Positions 26,097 through 32,000 of a stretch of DNA of 32,000 bases are shown here, piece by piece. Position 1 is the stretch's first letter. Each line of letters begins with the position of its first letter. The position numbers and the translations under genes were made by a program. The notes beneath the pieces are model-generated. The model was given only the letters and a program-made list of their open reading frames with translations, made no database searches and was not told the origin of the DNA. Location of the stretch: positions 90,001-122,000 of the forward strand of contig NZ_CP089977.1 of assembly GCF_025643275.1 (NCBI RefSeq). The letters are read 5' to 3'. The DNA comes from Moraxella nasicaprae. Its GTDB lineage: Bacteria > Pseudomonadota > Gammaproteobacteria > Pseudomonadales > Moraxellaceae.

Positions 26097-26125
26097 AAAA
26101 ACAGCCGATAGGTTCGACTGTTTTT
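26097..26125. terminator. orphan bidirectional intrinsic-terminator-like hairpin in a divergent intergenic region
   Basis: The sequence is AAAAACAGCCGA-taggt-TCGACTGTTTTT. It forms a 12-bp stem with one C/A mismatch, and the A5/T5 arms give a U-tract in either orientation. No annotated gene ends here. Confidence 0.55.
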
Positions 26126-26135
26126 GACGATTAGC

Positions 26136-26155
26136 TATCCTTTGCCAAAAGGATA
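26136..26155. other. second stem-loop (8-bp stem, 4-nt loop), 10 nt from the orphan terminator
   Basis: TATCCTTT-gcca-AAAGGATA, with perfect pairing. Confidence 0.5.
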
Positions 26156-26399
26156 AATGATGATGTTCTACTCATGCCAAAAAAAACATGATGATAAGTA
26201 TCAGGTTTTGGTAAAGCAATCATCGGTCTTAATAGCCACGCCATCAGCACCAATCCCAAATAAACCCATCAAATACTTATTTACACAGGCTACACAATAT
26301 TCACAAAATAGCGACACTATGCAAGGGTTTAACGATATTTTCTTGTTAAAAAATTGTTATACTAGACTAAATCCGTCTTTTTTGAAAAAGGAATGAGCA

Positions 26400-26759
26400 A
26401 TGAAACAAACTGCCATCTTTGCCCTAAGTTCTGCCCTATTATTGACCGCTTGTGCCAGCACAGGTGGCTCAACCAATCCTGTCATCACTCGTGCTGACGC
26501 AACACACGAAACCACAGGACTAGGCTCTACCAAAATCAAAGCCCAAGAGGCTGCTCTTGCCACCGCCAAAAAACAATGTGGTAGCAAAACTGCCGTCATC
26601 ATCAATGACAAACACACCTATAATGGCATTTTGGACGAAAAAACAGGTCGTATGGTTGAGCAAGGCATCACTATTGCAGGAGCGATTTTTGGGGCTGGCG
26701 TACCCAATCTGTCTCGTGGCGATGACCATGAATATCACATCACTTTTCAGTGCAAATAG
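26400..26759 (+). CDS. hypothetical lipoprotein (119 aa)
   Basis: AGGAA lies upstream of the ATG. It has a canonical signal and lipobox (MKQTAIFALSSALLLTAC). Two further Cys residues (KKQCGS and the C-terminal FQCK) could form a disulfide. I recognise no family. Confidence 0.65.
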   Translation: MKQTAIFALSSALLLTACASTGGSTNPVITRADATHETTGLGSTKIKAQEAALATAKKQCGSKTAVIINDKHTYNGILDEKTGRMVEQGITIAGAIFGAGVPNLSRGDDHEYHITFQCK

Positions 26760-26861
26760 CATCATCATGGCATGATGAATGAACATTGATACAATCATCG
26801 CCATTCATTGAGTTACCATTTGTTGATTTGATGAGTGGCGATAATGTTTGACATCAGACAA

Positions 26862-28223
26862 CTATCGATGCAAAGTAAATGGCAGACTGATGAACACGCC
26901 CAATCCAGTGCCGTCCAATCCTTGTCCAATCTGCACTTGTCCATGATGATATTGAGCAATCTTAGCAACGATGGATAGACCAAGCCCTGAGCCTTGTCGA
27001 TTTGTGCCTAGCACTCGAAAAAAACGCTCAGTTAGCTTGTGCTGCATCTTGGCAGACACACCCACACCATCATCAAGCACACCCACACGCACGCCCTGCC
27101 CATCGGTCAAAATCTGTAAACAAATGCGTGTTTGATGACCGCCATATTTTAAAGCATTATCCAGCAGATTTCTTATCGCCACAAGCAATAAATCTGTATG
27201 CACGCATAAAGCACGATAATCGCCCAAGCATCGCTCCCAATCTGTCATGAACCGACTGTGATTTTCGCTAAATTTATCAGCAAATTCATCAATCACCCCT
27301 TGCAATAATTTGGGCAACTCCTGCACCAAAATGGTCTGTTTTTGGCTTACTTGCTCATTATCCAAGCGTGCCAAAGTCAATAGGCTCTCAACCAGCTGCG
27401 TGCTTCTTTTGACATCAAGTCGTGCATCTGTCAGCATACCAACCAAATCTGGCTGGTCGGCAAACTTTCTCCCCATCAGTTGCAGTTTCATGTCCACTGC
27501 CGCCAACGGAGTACGCAGCTCGTGCGATGCATCAGCGGTGAATCGCTCTTGGCTTTCTTTGGCGATGATGAGGCGTTCAAAAAGCTGATTGATGGCATCA
27601 AGCAGCGGTCTGGTTTCGCTGATGATGATGGTTGGCTGAATGCTGGATAAATCTTGCAAATGACGGCTTGCCACTTCATCTTGTAGTGCCTTTAAGGGGC
27701 GTAGCGTTTTGCGAATGACCCAAAAATTGCTCAACGCCAAAACCAGCAATACCGCCGCCACAAACGCCATATAATTGGCAATCACAGGCAATGCAAAATC
27801 AAAGCGTTGTCGCCACGGCTGAGCGATTTGTACATAGCGATTAAGGTTATGATTATAGGCGGTGTACACTCGCAACCATTGACCATTTTGCCAAATGTTG
27901 TAGTAGGACTGGTCATTAAATTCTTGTAAATATGGCGTGCTTGGTGCGTACAAGGTCTGATTTAGTATCTGTCCATTTTGATTGATGACTTGATATTCAA
28001 TATCCATCTCGTCATTAAGATGCTGCAAACTGTACTCAATATCAGGATAGACATCGCTTTTGCCAAGCAATGCATTGGCATTGCCAGCCAACAGCTCATC
28101 AAACACTTGGCTGTGATGATAGATAACCGTGCCACCGACCGCCAAAAACCCCAATACCGCCAAGATGATGCTGGTTGTGGTCGTGTTTTTTAGCAGCTGT
28201 TTTTGGATAGAAATGCTACGCAT
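26862..28223 (-). CDS. two-component sensor histidine kinase (QseC/PmrB-like architecture)
   Basis: Two TM helices flank a ~120-aa periplasmic domain. It has a HAMP region, the H-box ADASHELRTPLAAV, the N-box RNLLDNALKYG and G-boxes (DDGVGV, GSGLGLSIV). The ATG at 28223 is preferred; the ORF-track start at 28256 is a TTG. Confidence 0.88.
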   Translation of the reverse strand: MRSISIQKQLLKNTTTTSIILAVLGFLAVGGTVIYHHSQVFDELLAGNANALLGKSDVYPDIEYSLQHLNDEMDIEYQVINQNGQILNQTLYAPSTPYLQEFNDQSYYNIWQNGQWLRVYTAYNHNLNRYVQIAQPWRQRFDFALPVIANYMAFVAAVLLVLALSNFWVIRKTLRPLKALQDEVASRHLQDLSSIQPTIIISETRPLLDAINQLFERLIIAKESQERFTADASHELRTPLAAVDMKLQLMGRKFADQPDLVGMLTDARLDVKRSTQLVESLLTLARLDNEQVSQKQTILVQELPKLLQGVIDEFADKFSENHSRFMTDWERCLGDYRALCVHTDLLLVAIRNLLDNALKYGGHQTRICLQILTDGQGVRVGVLDDGVGVSAKMQHKLTERFFRVLGTNRQGSGLGLSIVAKIAQYHHGQVQIGQGLDGTGLGVFISLPFTLHR

Positions 28224-28236
28224 AAGGTTTGGTAAA

Positions 28237-28923
28237 TTATTGATGTGATGTATCAATCAATGTATAGCCCTGTTTACGCAAGGTCTTGATGGTGCTAGCA
28301 CCCAGTTTTTTGCGTAAATGAGAAATATACACCTCAATGGCATTGCTTTCAATCTCTTCACCCCAACCGTACAACTCATCTTCCAGCTGCTCTTTGGATA
28401 CTACATGACTAGGGCTACGCAACAAGCGATGCAAAACAATGTATTCTTTATGTGCCAAAATGACCGATTCGCCAGCCAAAGTTACCTGTTTTTTGGCAGG
28501 GTCTAGGCATAGCTCACCAAATTCAGTTTGGTGACTTAAAATGGGCGATTTTGGTTGCTCTCCATATTTTCGCACTGCCGCTCGAATGCGTGCAGACATT
28601 TCTGCCAAATCAAAAGGCTTGACCAAATAATCATCTGCCCCCAAATCCAAGCCATCAATGCGGTCTTTAATGCTATCCCTAGCGGTAATCATCAGCACCG
28701 CCACAGGTAGATTTTTTTGTCTGATGTATGTCAGCACCTCATCGCCTGACATATTGGGCAATCCACGATCAAGCAGTACGCACGCATAATCGTAGCTTTG
28801 TAATGCTGATACCGCCAAATGTCCAGCCTGCACCCAATCCACCGTTTCTTTATCCATCATCAGCCAATCACGAATGCTGACACCCAACGATTCATCATCT
28901 TCAACCAATAAAATTCTCATCAA
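28237..28923 (-). CDS. OmpR/PhoB-family response regulator
   Basis: The receiver domain shows RILLVEDD, a phospho-acceptor context VLLDRGLP and the conserved K in YLVKPF. The C-terminus is a winged-helix domain (IEVYISHLRKKLG...IKTLRKQGY). GGAAGG lies upstream of the start. Confidence 0.92.
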   Translation of the reverse strand: MMRILLVEDDESLGVSIRDWLMMDKETVDWVQAGHLAVSALQSYDYACVLLDRGLPNMSGDEVLTYIRQKNLPVAVLMITARDSIKDRIDGLDLGADDYLVKPFDLAEMSARIRAAVRKYGEQPKSPILSHQTEFGELCLDPAKKQVTLAGESVILAHKEYIVLHRLLRSPSHVVSKEQLEDELYGWGEEIESNAIEVYISHLRKKLGASTIKTLRKQGYTLIDTSHQ

Positions 28924-28979
28924 TGCCTTCCAATTATCTGATTTTTTTATGCTCTATCTTATCATCATACCACCAAAAA

Positions 28980-31031
28980 TCACACCAATTTTTCCAGTCC
29001 TGTCTGGCGAATGGTTGGCGTGGCGATTGCCAAGTTAATGGCATCAGGCGTACTATAAATATCCACTTGCGATTTGGCACGAGTGATGGCGGTATAAATC
29101 AACTCTTTGGACAATAATCGATGATTTTGCTCATCAAACACGATGGCAACCTGTCGCCACTCTGAACCTTGTGATTTATGCACCGTGATGGCATAAGCAT
29201 CAATAACCACCTGCCCATCAAGCAAATCAACCGACACCGCCCTTTCTTCATCGCCCTCAAAATACACCACCAAGCCAGATGCACCATATAGACAAATACC
29301 CACATCGCCATTGTACAACCCCAAATCATAACGGTTTTTGGTAATCATCACCACCCGACCATGATACCATGCTGATGCTGATGGCAATGCCTTGATGATG
29401 GCTTTATGCCTTTTGACCAAATGCTGATTGATGGTCTCATCGCCATATCTGCCTTGATGAGATGCACACAAAATCCGATAATTGCTCAAAGTTGCCATCA
29501 ATGATTGTACCACCGAAAGCTGGGCTGCCGTGCTTAATTTGGCAAACCGCCAGCGACACGCCGCCGTCTGCTCAAAATACATCTGGTAACCTTGTGCAAG
29601 CGTTTCGTACACATCAATATCGCCTAAGGCATGACAACGCACATCAGCATAATCTTGCGTTAATGCCATCACAGCATGATAAGGATTGGTTGATTCTTCA
29701 TGCACCAACGCTGCTAAGCGACCCACGCCTGAATCTGCCCCAAAGCGACGAGATTCTTGCAATGCAACCAGATGTTGTTGTAGCGATGGCATTTTGCACA
29801 AATCCGCCAAAACCGCCCCAGCGTCCACCGCCGCCAACTGATTGGCATCGCCAAGCAATACCAATCTTGCCCCCGTCTTGACCGCTGATAACAACTGATG
29901 TGCCAGCTCCACGCCTAGCATGGACGCTTCATCAATGATAATCATGTCATCAGGCAAAGGGTTGTGCTGATGGTGTCGTGGCACGCCATCATTGCCGATG
30001 CCCAGCAAGCGATGAATGGTCTTAGGCTTGGGCAAGGCAATCTGCACGCCTGCTTTATCCAATGCCTGTTGCAATGACTCACTCATTCTTTGGGCAGCTT
30101 TACCTGTTGGTGCAGACAAGACCAAGCGAAAACCTTTTGTATTTTCATTATCTTTAAATTGTCTATACATAGACAATACAATCTGTGCCACCGTAAAAGT
30201 CTTACCTGTGCCTGGACCGCCAATAATCAATGCAAACGGCTGCTTGGATACCAGTGCCACTGCCTGCTTTTGGGCAGTATTCATAAAATCAGGCAATCCA
30301 TCAATGGCAAAATCCATCACCTGCCCTGATGATATTCGCCAAATGTGGCTAAGCAACCCCTGTTCAGCTTGATAAGCACGATTTAGCCACAGATAAACAC
30401 CCTTGTCACGCACGCCATAGATGATGGGTGGGTTGATGTGAAGTTTTGAGGGTAAGTCATGATAATTTTCCTGAGCAAACCACAGATTTTTTTGTAAAAT
30501 ATCTAAAAAATCTTGTTTGTTATTGCAGGTATTTAGCAAATAATAGACTCGAAACATCATCAAAAACAAATGCAGCAGCTGCTCTTTATCCACTTGCCGT
30601 ATATTGCCGTCAATAGACAATAATAGCGAGCGATATTGACGCAACGCCTCCTGACTCCAATCAGCAAGCACGGCATTATCCACCTGCCGATGTAACAGCT
30701 GCTGCATCTGCTCAAACAGCACCATAAAATCTGGCGGATTGGGCAAAAAATCACCCAAAATCGACATCGCAGGGCTAAATAATGCCGTCTGCCAAGCTGG
30801 CATTACCGCCAAGAAACGCTCATCGCCCACCAGTTTGTCCGTCATCGCCAAGACCGTATGACCCTCTTGCAAATGCTGATTGAGCAAAATGAACAAAAAT
30901 TCGAACAAACTGGCGTCTTTTTTGGATACACAAAATGCCTGATTTAATGCAGATTTTTGTTCATACCACTGGGCGTTTTGTTGTAGTCTTTGTATCAGAT
31001 AGCGACTGGTTGCCGTCTGTATATGATTCAT
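28980..31031 (-). CDS. recD: exodeoxyribonuclease V alpha subunit RecD
   Basis: It has SF1 helicase motifs: Walker A IIGGPGTGKTFTV, Walker B IIIDEASML, LLGDANQL, and the C-terminal ITVHKSQGSE...YTAITRAK. It lies immediately downstream of recB. The start at 31031 has GGGAA upstream. An ATG at 31079 that overlaps recB cannot be excluded. Confidence 0.9.
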   Translation of the reverse strand: MNHIQTATSRYLIQRLQQNAQWYEQKSALNQAFCVSKKDASLFEFLFILLNQHLQEGHTVLAMTDKLVGDERFLAVMPAWQTALFSPAMSILGDFLPNPPDFMVLFEQMQQLLHRQVDNAVLADWSQEALRQYRSLLLSIDGNIRQVDKEQLLHLFLMMFRVYYLLNTCNNKQDFLDILQKNLWFAQENYHDLPSKLHINPPIIYGVRDKGVYLWLNRAYQAEQGLLSHIWRISSGQVMDFAIDGLPDFMNTAQKQAVALVSKQPFALIIGGPGTGKTFTVAQIVLSMYRQFKDNENTKGFRLVLSAPTGKAAQRMSESLQQALDKAGVQIALPKPKTIHRLLGIGNDGVPRHHQHNPLPDDMIIIDEASMLGVELAHQLLSAVKTGARLVLLGDANQLAAVDAGAVLADLCKMPSLQQHLVALQESRRFGADSGVGRLAALVHEESTNPYHAVMALTQDYADVRCHALGDIDVYETLAQGYQMYFEQTAACRWRFAKLSTAAQLSVVQSLMATLSNYRILCASHQGRYGDETINQHLVKRHKAIIKALPSASAWYHGRVVMITKNRYDLGLYNGDVGICLYGASGLVVYFEGDEERAVSVDLLDGQVVIDAYAITVHKSQGSEWRQVAIVFDEQNHRLLSKELIYTAITRAKSQVDIYSTPDAINLAIATPTIRQTGLEKLV

Positions 31032-31065
31032 AAATTTCCCATTTTTTTTAATTAGAAATACTTCA

Positions 31066-32000
31066 CTATAAAATCTCATCAAGTGCCAAAATCAGTGGTA
31101 ATGGCGGCTGCCATTTTAACCGCCCCATTTGAGGATTTTCAGGGTCAATGCCTCGCAAAAAGACATACTCTACTGACCCTAAATATCGTGATTCTTGCCC
31201 AGCATAATCAGCAATTTTGAGCTTTAACAAGCGGTGCAATGCCACTTGATAGATGGCGGCTTGCAACCAATAGCCAGACTTATCCATCGCCTTACTCAGG
31301 CTATCCTCATGATAATCACTGGGCAAAACACCAAGATGATTGGATTTATAATCCACCACATAAAACCTACCTTGATGCTCATACACCAAATCAATCTCAC
31401 CACGCAGATAACGATACGCCACACCGCCATCGTCAAGCAAGGACAATGCACGGTCGCTATGCTTAGCAAAGGCTTGATTTAGCTTATCCACCGAAAAATC
31501 ATCATTCATGCCCAAAACAAAGCTCAGCTCTCGTCTTTGTGCCTGCTCATCAATCTGTGCCAGCGACACACCCGAACTGATGAAGTTAGCGTGCATCACC
31601 TGACTTAGCCACGCCACCAGCCGATGATGCTCTGTCTCATCTTGGGATTGTCCCACCAGATAGGCCTGGGCGTGCAGACTGGCATAACGGCTGGGCAATC
31701 CAAGCTGTTTGACAAAATCATCAATCACTCTACTAAGCTCATTACTGCGTTTGGCGTGCTGCAAAACCTTGTGCAAAAAATCCCCTGCAAACCGCCCCTT
31801 GATGAAACTTTGGCGAATCTCATGCGGATTGATGATAAGTGCCTCATTATCCGCCTGACTTAGCACGGATAATTCATCATAGTCTGCCACCACTGCCAAT
31901 TGTTCTTTGTCCAAAGAATTTAGATGTGCTACTAAGGCGGTGAAGCTCGTCTGATATACGCCTGCAAACTTTGTCTGTGGTAACAACTGATGCCAGTCTG
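31066..32000 (-). CDS. recB: exodeoxyribonuclease V beta subunit RecB, C-terminal nuclease domain (5' part lies beyond the window)
   Basis: The frame is open to the window edge; the 'Met' at 31986 is a TTG codon, most likely an internal Leu. RGEIDLVYEHQGRFYVVDYKSNHLG matches the RecB-family nuclease motif (E. coli GEIDLVFRHEGRYYLLDYKSNWLG, from memory). Confidence 0.9.
   Translation of the reverse strand, partial: DWHQLLPQTKFAGVYQTSFTALVAHLNSLDKEQLAVVADYDELSVLSQADNEALIINPHEIRQSFIKGRFAGDFLHKVLQHAKRSNELSRVIDDFVKQLGLPSRYASLHAQAYLVGQSQDETEHHRLVAWLSQVMHANFISSGVSLAQIDEQAQRRELSFVLGMNDDFSVDKLNQAFAKHSDRALSLLDDGGVAYRYLRGEIDLVYEHQGRFYVVDYKSNHLGVLPSDYHEDSLSKAMDKSGYWLQAAIYQVALHRLLKLKIADYAGQESRYLGSVEYVFLRGIDPENPQMGRLKWQPPLPLILALDEIL

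Noticed and set aside
26157-26396. 79-aa ORF (MMMFYSCQKK...) filling the intergenic region before the lipoprotein gene
   Set aside because: It has no Shine-Dalgarno sequence and starts inside a hairpin flank. Its composition is atypical, I recognise no motif, and it ends 4 nt before a gene that has its own good RBS. It is more likely promoter or leader DNA.
28224-28256. ORF-track start of the histidine kinase at 28256, overlapping the regulator by 20 nt
   Set aside because: That codon is TTG with no RBS. The ATG at 28223 gives a normal N-terminus ahead of TM1. The choice remains uncertain.
29462-29881. 139-aa ORF antisense to recD, and similar long antisense ORFs (14720-15091, 26357-26617, 5838-6206, 24797-25171, 7318-7638)
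   Set aside because: These are shadow ORFs on the strand opposite well-supported genes. Their products are low in complexity or rich in Pro, Ser or His, with no start signals.
28980-32000. recB-recD as part of a novel defence system
   Set aside because: The motifs and order are those of housekeeping RecBCD. The adjacent genes are an ordinary two-component system.

Overview
This window looks like a chromosomal segment of an A+T-leaning gammaproteobacterium. It is probably Moraxellaceae (Moraxella/Psychrobacter-like). I infer that from the look of the proteins and the GT25 'lgt'-type genes; it is not verified. I count about 34 protein-coding genes and one ncRNA, the SRP/4.5S RNA, which the ORF track cannot show. 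Most of the window is housekeeping: tolR-tolA-tolB, a CNNM-type transporter, pgeF-rluD divergent from bamD, dnaG, a GST, phoH-ybeY, rpiA, ffs, sixA, gpsA, a YdjA-like nitroreductase, zapE, an alpha/beta hydrolase, an OmpR-family regulator with its histidine kinase, and recB(partial)-recD. The one clearly accessory block is an eight-gene, co-directional glycan locus at 11.77-18.91 kb. It holds seven glycosyltransferases (GT2, two GT25, an unassigned GT-A-like protein, a GT4-like protein, GT6 and GT32-like) plus UDP-galactopyranose mutase. It has no Wzx/Wzy/Wzz, ABC exporter or initiating transferase, so it most likely builds a lipooligosaccharide outer core. The most notable gene in it is a CAZy family 6 (ABO / alpha-1,3-Gal-type) glycosyltransferase carrying the bacterial NXN variant of the DXD motif. 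It sits beside glf and beside a very A+T-rich GT4-like gene. Secondary observations are: an orphan bidirectional terminator plus a second hairpin in a 403-bp divergent intergenic region (a possible sRNA); a tol cluster followed by a small non-OmpA lipoprotein where pal would be expected; terminal extensions on GpsA and BamD; and a 12-bp direct repeat in a promoter region. By eye I found no CRISPR array, tRNA, rRNA, transposase, integrase, toxin-antitoxin pair or recognisable defence genes. I see no convincing evidence for an entirely new multi-gene system, and the glycan locus is the best candidate for new biology.
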